Assembly: GCA_040752415.1 (NCBI GenBank)
Contig: JBFMGU010000028.1
Span: forward strand, 1 to 59,724
DNA from: Myxococcota bacterium
Lineage (GTDB): Bacteria > Myxococcota > JACRCW01
Length of the DNA: 59,724 nt
Direction: 5' to 3'
The notes beneath the pieces are model-generated. The model ran no database searches. It was not told where the DNA came from and was given only the letters and a program-made list of their open reading frames with translations. Numbering within the stretch: the first letter of the stretch is position 1; every line of letters begins with the position of its first letter. Below, in pieces: positions 22,546 to 34,206 of the stretch. A program made the translations under genes and the position numbers.

Positions 22546-24078
22546 ATGAAACGGTCCGGTTGGGCGCTGTGCCTGGCACTCGCATGCGGTTGCACCGGGA
22601 GCGGGCGGGAGCGGGGAGAGAGCACCAGCAGCACGTCGGGCGGGCCGGTGGGCACGTCGTCGAGCAGCAGCGCGTCGTCGTCAAGCAGCAGCGCTTCGTC
22701 CTCGTCGTCCGCGTCCAGCAGCACGTCGTCCTCGACGTCGTCGTCCTCCTCTTCGAGCGGCGTCACGTCCGGCTCGTCCAGCAGTTCCAGCTCATCCACC
22801 TCGTCGTCGTCCTCCTCGTCCTCCTCGGGCGGGCAGTGGAGCGACCCGGTGTTGCTGGCGCTGGACCAGGCCGGCCCCGCGGTCTCCCCTCGCCTCGCGG
22901 GCTCCGCTGACGGCAGCGCGCTGCTCGCGTGGTTGCAGCTTGGGGACACCGTCACGCGCACTGTGGCCTCCCGCCGTGACGCCGACGGGACCTGGAGCAG
23001 CCCCATCGCCATCGACAACGACACGAACACCACGGCCAGCAACGTGCGCGTGGCCATGGATGCCGTGGGTCGCGCGGTGGTGGCCTGGTCCCGCGGTGAC
23101 GACGGAGTGTTCACCCAGTACGTCCCGGGCTTCGGGTGGGCGCTTCCCGTGCTGGCGGAGTCGGAGAACCAGCAGGTCCTGATGCGCTCCGCCGTCGTGA
23201 ATGCGTCCGGGGTGGGCTTTCTGGGTTGGCTCCGACAAGGTGCCTCCGGCTACGACGGATGGGCCGCGCGGTTCAGCTTCCTGGACGGAGTGTCGACGCC
23301 GCAGGCCTTCCCCTCCTCGCTGGGAGCCAATGAGCAATCCACGTCCCCGCATCTTGCCGTGAACGCCGCGGGCGAGGGACTTGCGCTGTGGCTCCAATTC
23401 GGCGCGGACCTGCAGGGACCCGCCACCGCGCACGGCGCGCGTTTCGGGAATGGCGCGTGGGCGCCGGGCCAGCAGCTCACCGCGGACAGGAACCTCAACC
23501 TCGTGGCGTTTGACGTCGTCATGGATGATGCCGGGAATGGTATGGCAGCGTGGATCAAGGCGGACGAGGGCGTGTTCACCTCGCGGTACGGCACCGGTCC
23601 GGGCTGGGGTCTCCCTCAACGCGTGAGCGCAGAAGGTCCCGCGGAAACGCTGCGCATGCGGGTCGACAACGTGGGCGTGATCACGCTGGTGTGGATGAGC
23701 CTGGTGGACGCCCAGACCGGTTATGACACCGACATCTGGACAGCACAGACGGCGCCCGGCGCGTCCTGGTCGACGCCGGAGTTGGTGGGCACCATCCCGG
23801 TGGTGTTCCACGAGGAGAGCGTGGCGCTGGCGGTTGCTCCGTCGGGAGACGTGCTGCTGGTTGCCGCCGCGCGTCCCACCGAGGGCCCCGAGCCCGACAC
23901 CATCCGCGCGTGGCGACGTCCCGTCGGGGCTGCCTGGGAGACACCGCGCATCCTCAGCAACGCAGCAGGTTACTCCGTCACCCGCCCGGACGTGGCATTC
24001 GCCGGCAGCACCGCGATCGTCGCGTGGGAACAGGATGGGGCCGAAGGTTCTGTCGTTGCCGTCAGCACGTTGGAGTGA
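22546..24078 (+). CDS. Putative lipoprotein with long Ser-rich linker and repeated beta-propeller-like blades
   Basis: LALACGC lipobox-like; about 70-aa poly-Ser; recurring W-x-x-P...LAV/VxM-x-x-x-G-x-A-x-x-x-W units. Confidence 0.7.
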   Translation: MKRSGWALCLALACGCTGSGRERGESTSSTSGGPVGTSSSSSASSSSSSASSSSSASSSTSSSTSSSSSSSGVTSGSSSSSSSSTSSSSSSSSSGGQWSDPVLLALDQAGPAVSPRLAGSADGSALLAWLQLGDTVTRTVASRRDADGTWSSPIAIDNDTNTTASNVRVAMDAVGRAVVAWSRGDDGVFTQYVPGFGWALPVLAESENQQVLMRSAVVNASGVGFLGWLRQGASGYDGWAARFSFLDGVSTPQAFPSSLGANEQSTSPHLAVNAAGEGLALWLQFGADLQGPATAHGARFGNGAWAPGQQLTADRNLNLVAFDVVMDDAGNGMAAWIKADEGVFTSRYGTGPGWGLPQRVSAEGPAETLRMRVDNVGVITLVWMSLVDAQTGYDTDIWTAQTAPGASWSTPELVGTIPVVFHEESVALAVAPSGDVLLVAAARPTEGPEPDTIRAWRRPVGAAWETPRILSNAAGYSVTRPDVAFAGSTAIVAWEQDGAEGSVVAVSTLE

Positions 24079-24084
24079 TCCGGA

Positions 24085-24857
24085 TCAGAACGCGCCTTCG
24101 CTCTCGGTGCGCTTGAGCACGTGGGTGACCGTGGCCTTGGTGTAGTCGCGGTTCATCCGGGCAATGTTCGTCACGCTGATGTTCTTGGGACACGCGGCCT
24201 CGCACTCGCCGGTGAGCGTGCAGTGGCCAAAGCCCTCGGCGTCATGCTGCGCGATCATGTTCTGCACGCGGTCCATGCGCTCCGGCTGGCCCTGCGGGAG
24301 GATGCCCAGGTGCACCACCTTGGCCGCCGTGAACAACGACGCCGACGCATTGGGACACGCCGCCACGCACGCGCCGCAGCCAATGCAGGCCGCCGCGTCC
24401 ATGGCAATCTCCTGCGCCCACTTGGGCACGGGGATGACGTTGCCGTCGGGGGCGCTGCCGGTGGGGACGCTGACAAAGCCGCCCGCGGCGATGATGCGGT
24501 CAAACGCGGAACGGTCCACCGCCAGGTCGCGGACGACGGGGAACGCCTTGGCGCGCCACGGTTCCAGGTACAGCTCGTCGCCGTCCTTGAAGGAGCGCAT
24601 GTGGAGCTGGCACACCGTGGTCCCGTCGTCGGGGCCGTGGGCAATGCCGTTGATCATGAAGCCGCACATGCCGCAGATGCCCTCGCGGCAGTCGTGGTCA
24701 AAGGCGACGGGCGCCTCGCCCTTGGCAATGAGCTTCTCGTTGAGGCTGTCCAACATCTCCAGGAAGGAGGAGTTGGGGCTGACGTCGTCCAGCTCGTAGC
24801 GGACGAACTTTCCAGCCTCGTTCCGGTTGCGCTGCCGCCAGACGTGAAGGGTCAGTT

Positions 24858-24861
<4 letters not shown>
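24085..24861 (-). CDS. sdhB: Succinate dehydrogenase/fumarate reductase iron-sulfur subunit
   Basis: [42 protein letters not shown]. Confidence 0.95.
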
Positions 24862-26771
<1,910 letters not shown>

Positions 26772-26785
26772 GGACGGCACGCCTC

Positions 26786-27445
26786 TCAGGCCTTGATCAG
26801 GCCGGTCAGCACGGACACGGGGATGGAGATGTTCCCGACGACAATGGCCAGCGCAATCAGCTTGCCCAGCCGGCGGAAGGCCAGGTTGTACTTCTGGTGG
26901 TTGATGCCCAGGGAGGAGAGGAAGCTCCAGCTCCCGTGCCAGAGGTGCATGCCCAGCGCCACCATGCAGAGGATGTAGAACGCGCTGACGTACCAGACCT
27001 GGAACCCGCTCACGACGTTGGCGTACACGTCCGTCTTGTTGAAGTTGGGATGCGCGTTGCCCCAGGTGAAGTGCGCCAGGTGGTAGAGGATGAAGAACAC
27101 CAGGAAGGCGGCGCTGAAGTGCATGGTGCGGCTGGCCAGGGAGGACTGGATGTTGCCGGGCCTCTGGTACTTCACCGGCCGCGCGTCCGCCCGACGGGAA
27201 TAGAGCTGGATGGCGCAGATGGCGTGGAGGAGCACGGCCAGCAGCAGCACCACGCGGGTGCCCCACAACAGCGGCGGCGTGGCTTTGAGTGCGGCGGCGT
27301 AGGCATTGAGCGCGTCGCGCCCCGCGTACACCAGCAGGTTGCCGGACATGTGCACGAAGGTGAAGCCAAGACCAATGATTCCGGTGATGGCCATCAGCGC
27401 CTTCTTGCCGACGGAAGAGTTCCAGTACTTCAACGCCCAATTCAT
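26786..27445 (-). CDS. sdhC: Succinate dehydrogenase cytochrome b subunit (single 5-TM anchor)
   Basis: [36 protein letters not shown] heme-ligand His residues; first gene of sdhCAB. Confidence 0.92.
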   Translation of the reverse strand: MNWALKYWNSSVGKKALMAITGIIGLGFTFVHMSGNLLVYAGRDALNAYAAALKATPPLLWGTRVVLLLAVLLHAICAIQLYSRRADARPVKYQRPGNIQSSLASRTMHFSAAFLVFFILYHLAHFTWGNAHPNFNKTDVYANVVSGFQVWYVSAFYILCMVALGMHLWHGSWSFLSSLGINHQKYNLAFRRLGKLIALAIVVGNISIPVSVLTGLIKA

Positions 27446-27584
27446 CAGGTCTGCTCCGGGAGGGACGTCGGTTGGCGTGCGCGCTCTTAGTGGCGATCCG
27501 CCTTCTGATCAAGACCCAGTTTCACGGCGTGCCGGCTGACCCGTTGACGTCAGGCCCGCGGGCCGGTCGCATGCGCTGCGACGT

Positions 27585-27612
27585 TGATGCGTGATGCGTG
27601 ATGCGTTATGCG
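27585..27612 (+). repeat. Four tandem heptamers (TGATGCG x3 + TTATGCG), probable vapBC operator
   Basis: TGATGCG TGATGCG TGATGCG TTATGCG ending 21 nt before the vapB ATG. Confidence 0.75.
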
Positions 27613-27633
27613 TGGTGGAGGGGTGGAGGCGCC

Positions 27634-27861
27634 ATGAGGACCACGCTGGTCATTGATGACGACGTGCTGGCCGCCGCGCGCGCCCTGGCGGAGCAGCGTC
27701 AGGAGAGCATTGGCAAGGTCATCTCGGACCTGGCGCGACAGGCGCTGACGCCGCGGAGCGCGCCCCGGACCCGCAACGGCGTGCCCCTGTTTCCGCTGCG
27801 TCCCGACGCCACGCCCGTGACCATGGAGCTGGTGAACCGCCTCCGGGATGAGCAGCCCTGA
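27634..27861 (+). CDS. vapB: VapB-type antitoxin (RHH/CopG-like)
   Basis: MRTTLVIDDDVLAAARALA...SIGKVISDLARQAL...RNGVPLFP; GGAGG SD; TGATG coupling to PIN gene. Confidence 0.88.
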   Translation: MRTTLVIDDDVLAAARALAEQRQESIGKVISDLARQALTPRSAPRTRNGVPLFPLRPDATPVTMELVNRLRDEQP

Positions 27862-28301
27862 TGCGGTACCTGCTGGACGTGAACGTGCTCTTGGCGCTGA
27901 TGGACCCCGCGCACGTGATGCATGGCGCGGCGCACGCGTGGTTCGAGAAGAGCGGGAGCCGGAGCTGGGCAACCTGTCCGTTGACGCAGAACGGCGTGGT
28001 CAGGATTGCGGGTCAGCCGTCGTACCCGAATTCTCCCGGCGCGCCTTCGGTGGTTGCGGACCTGCTGGAGCGGTTCACCTCGCACGCCCGGCACGAGCTC
28101 TGGCATGACGACGTCAGCATCCTGGAGACGCGCGTGTTCAACCGCGGCGCGCTGGGCTCACCCGCGCAGCTCACCGACGTCTACCTGCTGGGCCTGGCCA
28201 TGCGACACAACGGGAAGCTCGCCACGTTCGACCGGCGCATCCCGACGGGAGCGGTGCGCGACGGAGCGGCCCATCTCACCGTGATCCCCGCGACGTCCTA
28301 G
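27861..28301 (+). CDS. vapC: VapC PIN-domain ribonuclease toxin
   Basis: YLLDVNVLLAL...H...AHAWF, CPLTQNG, QLTDVYLLGLA, LATFDRRI. Confidence 0.9.
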   Translation: MRYLLDVNVLLALMDPAHVMHGAAHAWFEKSGSRSWATCPLTQNGVVRIAGQPSYPNSPGAPSVVADLLERFTSHARHELWHDDVSILETRVFNRGALGSPAQLTDVYLLGLAMRHNGKLATFDRRIPTGAVRDGAAHLTVIPATS

Positions 28302-28740
28302 CGCGTCTCACGCTCCTCTTTGCGGAACGGCGCCGCGACGGCCTCGTCGGAGGCCCCGGTTCTTGCCCGCGCGCCCGTCCCTCGCGAACGACCACCACTC
28401 CCCCGGCGTCGAGTTCCGCGTCCGTTCGGCCGGCTGAAGCGAGTTCCAGATCGAGGCGAAGGTGCTCTCGAAGAGAACGCATCCGTTCAACCCAGCACAC
28501 GCGGATAATGGCCTGCTCATGTGACGGCAGCACGTCGTAGTCGCGGCGGCCTTGCAGCGCCTCAGCCACGTTGACGAGCGACGTTTCCGGGCTCCGTTCC
28601 AGCTCCCGTCCGATTCGCGCCCAATGGGCTACTTGCTGCGCGACCGTCCGCCCGTTGCTGGCCGCGGCCAGACGCGCGAGGGCGACGAGCTCGTTGTCGA
28701 CCCGTACGGACTGCCGGCACCTGGTAGCGGAATCGCGCAC
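28276..28740 (-). CDS. ParD-like antitoxin family protein (orphan); start uncertain
   Basis: 3' part of ORF 28276..31230: QSVRVDNELVALARLAAASNGRTVAQQVAHWARIGRELE, matching the ParD-like pattern RS/TVxxQIxHWARIG; GTG 28740 preceded by TACAAT-GGGAG. Confidence 0.65.
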   Translation of the reverse strand: MRDSATRCRQSVRVDNELVALARLAAASNGRTVAQQVAHWARIGRELERSPETSLVNVAEALQGRRDYDVLPSHEQAIIRVCWVERMRSLREHLRLDLELASAGRTDAELDAGGVVVVREGRARGQEPGPPTRPSRRRSAKRSVRRARTSRGSR

Positions 28741-28902
28741 CAACTCCCATTGTAGCAGGTCACTCGCGACGGGATGGACGCCCGTCAATCCCGGTTTCAC
28801 AGGCCCCAACCGCACGCTTCCGCCCACGCCTGGCGACGTCCGCCACAAGACTGTCACGGAGTCCATGCCTGCCGACCCCTTTTGGAGTAGGTTGCGCCCC
28901 CC

Positions 28903-30813
28903 ATGCCGAGCCTTCGTTACAGCCCCAAGAGCGGCAGCCCCGTTGCGTGGAACCTGTTCAAGAGCATTTCCACCGTGGGCTCGTCCCCCGACGCGGACAT
29001 CAGCCTGGGTTTTGACCCCTCGGTCACAACCCTGCATGCGCAGATCCACAAGGAAGGGGACCGGTTTGCCATCCTGTCGTCGGACCGGACGGCGGATGTC
29101 GTCGTGAACGGCAAGAAGATCAAGCGCCATGAGCTCAAGGACGGGGACACCCTGCGCCTGGGCGGCACGGAGCTGGTCTACCGGGATGAGGACGCCCACG
29201 ACGAGGAAGAAGTCGACCGCTCCCCCCCGCCCGTCAAGACGGTGACCACCACGGTGCCCACCCCGCGCGCCACGGCAAGGCCGGCCACGCAGGGCACGGA
29301 GCTGGCGGCGTACCGTCGGCTGCACGCGTTCAGCCAGAAGCTCATGGAGGCGCCCAAGGTCCCGGAACAGCTGGACCTCCTCCTCGACGAGGCCATCCAG
29401 GTCACCGCCGCGGACAAGGGCTTCATTGTGCTGATGGAGGACGGGAGCCCGCAGGTGGTGGCCGCGCGCAACATGGATGGCGCCACCATTGCCAACGGCG
29501 TGCAGCAGCTGTCCGACAGCATCATCAAGCGCGTGGTGGAGACCAAGAGGCCACTCATTGTCAGCGACGCGCTCCACGACGAGAACTTCAACGCCGCGGA
29601 GAGCGTCCTCTCGCTGAAGCTGTGCTCCGTCATCTGCGCGCCGCTCATGTACAAGGGCGAGCTGTTTGGCCTGCTCTACCTGGGCAACGACCGCATCGCC
29701 TCGCTGTTCGACGAGCGGAGCCTGGAGCTGCTCACCGTGTTCGCCAGCCACGCCGCGCTGGTGGTGAAGAACGCGCAGAACCTCCATGAGCTGAAGACGC
29801 AGAACCAGGTGTTGCGGGAGCGGCTGGAGAGCCAGAAGTACGGCGACGTCGTGGGCGGCTGCGACGGGATGCGTGAGGTCTTCAAGAAGATCGACAAGGT
29901 GGCGGGCACGGACATCAGCGTGCTCATCACCGGCGAGACGGGCACCGGCAAGGAGCTCATTGCGCGGGAGATCCACCGGCGGAGCCACCGGGCCAAGGGT
30001 CCGCTCGTCGTCATCAACTGCGGCGCCATTCCGGAGAACCTGCTGGAGAGCGAGCTGTTCGGTCACGTGCGCGGCGCGTTCACCGGCGCAGTGGCCACCC
30101 GCGTGGGCAAGTTCCAGGCAGCCGACAAGGGCACGCTCTTCCTCGACGAAATTGGCGAGATGCCGGTGGCGCTGCAGGTGAAGATCCTGCGGGCGTTGCA
30201 GGAGCGTGTCGTCGTGAAGGTGGGCGACAGCCGGCCGGAGACGGTGGACATCCGCATCATTGCCGCCACCAACCGCCGCCTGGACGAGGAGATCAAGGCC
30301 GGTCGGTTCCGCGAGGACCTGTACTACCGGCTCAACGTGGTGCAGCTGCACCTGCCCCCGCTGCGCGAGCGTGGCGACGATCTCATCGTCATCGCCAAGT
30401 ACCTGCTGCAGAAGTACGCCAAGGAGACGGGCAGCAAGGTGAAGGGCTTCAGCACGGAGTGCATTGCGGCCATGCGCAAGTCTGCGTGGCCGGGCAACAT
30501 CCGGCAGCTGGAGAACCGCATCAAGCGTGCCGTCGTCCTCGCCGAGAAGAGCACGTTGACGCCGGAGGACATGGACCTGCGCCCGGAGGACATGCAGCCG
30601 CTGTTGGCGCTGCAGGACGCCAAGGACCAGTTCGAGCGGCGGTACATCAACGAGGCGCTGGGGCGGAACGGCGGCAACCGGACGCAGACGGCGCGGGACC
30701 TGGGGGTGGATCCCCGCACCATCTTCCGCCACCTGGAGCGGGAGCGTGCGGAGCGCCTGGCGCGCGGGGAGCCGGCGGGCGAAGAACTCGTCCCCGCGGA
30801 CGACGAGAAGTAG
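28903..30813 (+). CDS. Sigma-54-dependent enhancer-binding protein, FHA-GAF-AAA+-Fis HTH
   Basis: N-terminal FHA-like ([10 protein letters not shown]...HAQI...VVVNG...[10 protein letters not shown]), GAF (SVICAPL...GLLYL), [62 protein letters not shown]. Confidence 0.93.
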   Translation: MPSLRYSPKSGSPVAWNLFKSISTVGSSPDADISLGFDPSVTTLHAQIHKEGDRFAILSSDRTADVVVNGKKIKRHELKDGDTLRLGGTELVYRDEDAHDEEEVDRSPPPVKTVTTTVPTPRATARPATQGTELAAYRRLHAFSQKLMEAPKVPEQLDLLLDEAIQVTAADKGFIVLMEDGSPQVVAARNMDGATIANGVQQLSDSIIKRVVETKRPLIVSDALHDENFNAAESVLSLKLCSVICAPLMYKGELFGLLYLGNDRIASLFDERSLELLTVFASHAALVVKNAQNLHELKTQNQVLRERLESQKYGDVVGGCDGMREVFKKIDKVAGTDISVLITGETGTGKELIAREIHRRSHRAKGPLVVINCGAIPENLLESELFGHVRGAFTGAVATRVGKFQAADKGTLFLDEIGEMPVALQVKILRALQERVVVKVGDSRPETVDIRIIAATNRRLDEEIKAGRFREDLYYRLNVVQLHLPPLRERGDDLIVIAKYLLQKYAKETGSKVKGFSTECIAAMRKSAWPGNIRQLENRIKRAVVLAEKSTLTPEDMDLRPEDMQPLLALQDAKDQFERRYINEALGRNGGNRTQTARDLGVDPRTIFRHLERERAERLARGEPAGEELVPADDEK

Positions 30814-30924
30814 GCTGCATCCCGACCTGCAGCACGGCACGGCTGTCAGGGTGTGAACGCCGGGTGGGTGAGGCGCCACAAAGGCAAGTGCCCGGATTTC
30901 CTTGGGAAGCGGGGCTAGGGGCGA

Positions 30925-31482
30925 ATGGCACCGGCGTTGCTTGGGACCCTGGTGATGTGCGCGCTGGCGCTGATGGCGTGCATCCCGGAGTACTACGCCG
31001 TGGAGCAGGACAACACGAACCACCCGGTGGTGATCGACAAGACCGCCGTTGTGCCTCAAGTGCCGTGGGAGACCGACGGCCACGTTGTCTGGGACCCCGC
31101 GCAGCAATCCACGTACGAGTTCCAGCTCCGGTCCATTGAGGACGCCGACGCCAGTGACACGTTGTACGCGACCTGGTTTGTTGCGTTTGACCAGAACGTC
31201 TCCGGCCTGAACTCCTACTCCGACTTTCACGAAATCCCGCCCCCAGCCGAAGGTCCGAGAAGGGACATCTACGTCCTGACGGCGTCGAAGTTGGCCGAGA
31301 TAGACCGTTTCCGGAACGCCGCGGTGGATGGGGGCGCTGTGGCTCGTCGTCGCTACCTGGTCACCGTGAAGGTTGCGGACCGTCAGCCCCAGATCTCACG
31401 GACGCTCGACACCTATCCGTCCGACGCCACCACGGATCAGGTTCACTGGACCCTTGAGGTTGCGAGCACGGGATCGCCATGA
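30925..31482 (+). CDS. Hypothetical lipoprotein
   Basis: Hydrophobic N-terminus with LMAC lipobox-like motif; ATGA overlap with the next gene. Confidence 0.65.
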   Translation: MAPALLGTLVMCALALMACIPEYYAVEQDNTNHPVVIDKTAVVPQVPWETDGHVVWDPAQQSTYEFQLRSIEDADASDTLYATWFVAFDQNVSGLNSYSDFHEIPPPAEGPRRDIYVLTASKLAEIDRFRNAAVDGGAVARRRYLVTVKVADRQPQISRTLDTYPSDATTDQVHWTLEVASTGSP

Positions 31483-33092
31483 AGATGCCTCGCGCCCTCG
31501 TCACATTGGTGGTGCTGGGAACGCTGGCAAGCGCGTGTCCCGACGACACCCTGCTTCGTGAGGGCGCCCCCTGCCAGGCCGACGAGGAATGCGGTGGTCC
31601 CCTGCTTTGCCTCCTGGGCACCTGCGTCGACCCACGCGCGCGTGACCTCGGCAAGGTGGACCTGCAGGTGTCTCCGCTCGAGGACAGCGGACTCAAGACC
31701 CAAGCGTTTCCCGGCAAGGACACCCGACGTTCAGAGCGTGAGGACATCGTCCTGAGACAGACCGTTCATGCCACCGTGGAGGTCTGCTTTGACTGCTCCA
31801 CGACGGAACGCGGCACCGTCCCAGGGGACCTCACGCTTGCCGGCCTGGAGCGCATCAAGGGGCACCGGGACTTCGAGACCGTCGTCGTGGGGCCGGATGG
31901 GATGGCCACCGCGAGCCTCCTGGACCTCACGCCCTATGACCCCGTCCTCTTCCCCACCGACCCGGACCTCCCGCTCCTGCGTGGTCGCCAGGTGGTGCCC
32001 AGTCAGCAGCTGATCGCCGCCGTGGTACAGGTGGAAGTTCCCAGCCCGCACGAGGTGTACATGCTGACCGGTCGCGTGGTGCTGGACGGCTACACCGGTG
32101 AGCCGCGCGGCGTGGACGGAATGAAGGTGTGGCTCATGGAAGGTGAGCTGCGCGCCACACGTGATGTGCTCACCTCCGACGGCGGCAATTTCCGTCTCAA
32201 GGTCCTCAAGAGCCAGGCCAGCGGACTGACGTTGCACATTGCGCCGGCCAATGCCTCGGACCCCTACCCTGCCATCACCGTTTCCGACGTCAACCTCGAC
32301 GAGGACCGCGACATGGGCGACGTCACGCTGGGCCCCTTGGACCCCGCGGTGCTGGTGCAAGGAACAGTGCGTGGGCCCAATGCGCTGGGCATTGAAGGCG
32401 CGGTGGTTCGTTTCACCGGGCCAGCGGGCAAGGGGATCCTGGAGGCTTCCGTCGTCAGTGGGGCGGGTGGAGCGTATGAAATCTCGCTGCCTCCGGGGAC
32501 CTACCAGCGTGCCGTGGTTCCGCCGCAAGGCGCGGGCGCGGCACTGAAGCAGGAAGCCGGTTTCAAGGTGGACCCCGACCCTTCTCGTCGGAGCGACCCC
32601 AACGTCACCCTCGATATTGCGTTCAATCTCTGCGGCACCATCCGCGCGCATGATGGCTCAGCCATTGGGAATGCGTCGGTGCGTGCGTTCCGCGTGGGCA
32701 ACAGCGGCGCGGCACCGGGTCCAGCCTCCGACGTCACCGTGGACGTCAAGGCGCGCACCAACGGCGACGGCCGTTACTGCATGGCGCTGGACCCAGGTCA
32801 GTACCTCGTCACCGGCACGCCTCCCGAGGGCGTCCGTCATCCCGCCCGCACCGACCTCGTCGACATGGGCTCCGCGGAGCTGGTCCACGACTTCGCCCTG
32901 CCCCCCGCGGCGCTGCTGGTGGGCACGGTGAAAGCGCCGGATGGGACGCCGTTGAAGCTGGCGCGGGTGAAGGCCTTCAGCCCGGTGTTGACCACGCGCC
33001 AGGGCGCCTTGGACCTGGGCGAGACCTTCACCAACGACGACGGGACGTTCACCCTGGTCGTGCCCGATCTTGCTGGCGTGGGCGCGCGCTGA
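31479..33092 (+). CDS. Lipoprotein with Cys-rich N-terminus and repeated carboxypeptidase-regulatory-like beta-sandwich domains
   Basis: LASAC lipobox; CQADEECGGPLLCLLGTC; repeated GTV/GxV...TxxDGxF/Y...L(P/D)PGxY units. Confidence 0.75.
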   Translation: MKMPRALVTLVVLGTLASACPDDTLLREGAPCQADEECGGPLLCLLGTCVDPRARDLGKVDLQVSPLEDSGLKTQAFPGKDTRRSEREDIVLRQTVHATVEVCFDCSTTERGTVPGDLTLAGLERIKGHRDFETVVVGPDGMATASLLDLTPYDPVLFPTDPDLPLLRGRQVVPSQQLIAAVVQVEVPSPHEVYMLTGRVVLDGYTGEPRGVDGMKVWLMEGELRATRDVLTSDGGNFRLKVLKSQASGLTLHIAPANASDPYPAITVSDVNLDEDRDMGDVTLGPLDPAVLVQGTVRGPNALGIEGAVVRFTGPAGKGILEASVVSGAGGAYEISLPPGTYQRAVVPPQGAGAALKQEAGFKVDPDPSRRSDPNVTLDIAFNLCGTIRAHDGSAIGNASVRAFRVGNSGAAPGPASDVTVDVKARTNGDGRYCMALDPGQYLVTGTPPEGVRHPARTDLVDMGSAELVHDFALPPAALLVGTVKAPDGTPLKLARVKAFSPVLTTRQGALDLGETFTNDDGTFTLVVPDLAGVGAR

Positions 33093-33136
33093 CTGTGTTG
33101 TCCAAGGTCAGCGTCGTCGCCAACCGCCTCGAGCGG

Positions 33137-33550
33137 TCAGCCCGCTCCTTCACCCTGCTCGCACGCCGGCGGCGCGGAAACCACGTCAGCCGTGTTCACC
33201 GTCGTGAGCAGCTCCGGGAGCGCGGAGGAGAACTCTCCCTGCGTCATCACGCGGTGGCAGCCCGCCTCCTTGGCGCTGCGGATCAGCTCCACCGACGTAT
33301 GCCGGCAATAGCCAACAATCTCGACGTGCTTGAGCGTGGGGTCCTGCGCAATCGCCTTCACCGCGTTGGGGCCGCCCAGCGTGGGATTCGCCAGGTCCAG
33401 CAGGACCCGACGTGCACCGGTCCGTTTCACTTCCTCCACCAACGGCGCGGTCTTCTTGGCCTTCTGGATGGCCACGCCCAGCTGCTTGGCGGCGGCGTCA
33501 ACCTTGCTCCCAAAGAACATGTCCCCAATGGCAACCAGGATGTCGCTCAC
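33137..33550 (-). CDS. Stand-alone atypical receiver (CheY-like) domain protein
   Basis: ILVAIGD...VLLDL...GPNAVKAI...IVGY...AKEAGCHRVM receiver pattern; conserved Lys absent. Confidence 0.65.
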   Translation of the reverse strand: MSDILVAIGDMFFGSKVDAAAKQLGVAIQKAKKTAPLVEEVKRTGARRVLLDLANPTLGGPNAVKAIAQDPTLKHVEIVGYCRHTSVELIRSAKEAGCHRVMTQGEFSSALPELLTTVNTADVVSAPPACEQGEGAG

Positions 33551-34158
33551 GGTGCACCTCCAGACGATGAAACAGAACCCCCCGACGTGATGACGGATTC
33601 CCTCCCCTCCAGCACGGCCAGCTCAGCCTTGGACTGGTCAATGGCTTCCAGAATGACCACGGCCTTCTTGAGCGTCTCGCGTTTCTCCGCGAGCTGACGC
33701 GCCAGGATGGCCAGCTGGCCCGCGTCGGGGGGCAGCGTGGTGAGCGCGTCCAGGTTGTACTCCTTCCACTTCTGGTTCATGGCCACGTACGTGCTGTACG
33801 CCTGCTGACTCAGCGCCGAGAGCGGCACTGGCTTCCCCTGCAATTCCTTCACGCGACGCTGCGCCTCCTCCTCACCCAAGCGGGTGCGCGCCGCCTTCAA
33901 CCGCTCATTGATGGCCATGGCCTCGTCCCGCGCCGCCGGGAGTCGCTGCAGGATTCCCTCCGCGGCATTTCCCAGGGCCTGGATGACCGCCAGCTGGCTC
34001 ACCTCATCCACCGGGCGTTGCGACGTCGTGGGCGCGGGGCCCTCAGGCGCGGGGGTGGTCACGTCCGCGCGGGAGCACGGGCAATGGACAAACCCCGGAA
34101 TGAGGAGCAGGAGAGGCACCGCTCGGCGGAACACATTCACGGCGGGGGACGATACCAT
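33547..34158 (-). CDS. Hypothetical exported/lipoprotein, helical coiled-coil
   Basis: Signal-like N-terminus ending VHCPC; helical body; GTGA overlap with receiver gene. Confidence 0.6.
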   Translation of the reverse strand: MVSSPAVNVFRRAVPLLLLIPGFVHCPCSRADVTTPAPEGPAPTTSQRPVDEVSQLAVIQALGNAAEGILQRLPAARDEAMAINERLKAARTRLGEEEAQRRVKELQGKPVPLSALSQQAYSTYVAMNQKWKEYNLDALTTLPPDAGQLAILARQLAEKRETLKKAVVILEAIDQSKAELAVLEGRESVITSGGSVSSSGGAP

Positions 34159-34206
34159 GGTGCTGATCCCCCGGTGACCAGATGTGCAGTGGTCGGGAGA
34201 ACTCTC

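Noticed and set aside
22101..23114. Highly acidic minus-strand ORF (EEDEEDDDE...)
   Set aside because: Reverse complement of the poly-Ser codons of the plus-strand lipoprotein.
26772..27512. 247-aa N-terminal extension of SdhA in the ORF track
   Set aside because: Overlaps sdhC in another frame; recognisable SdhA begins at ATG 26771.
28741..31230. 984-aa minus-strand ORF as a single gene
   Set aside because: Mostly antisense to the sigma-54 activator; only the last roughly 154 codons look like a real protein.
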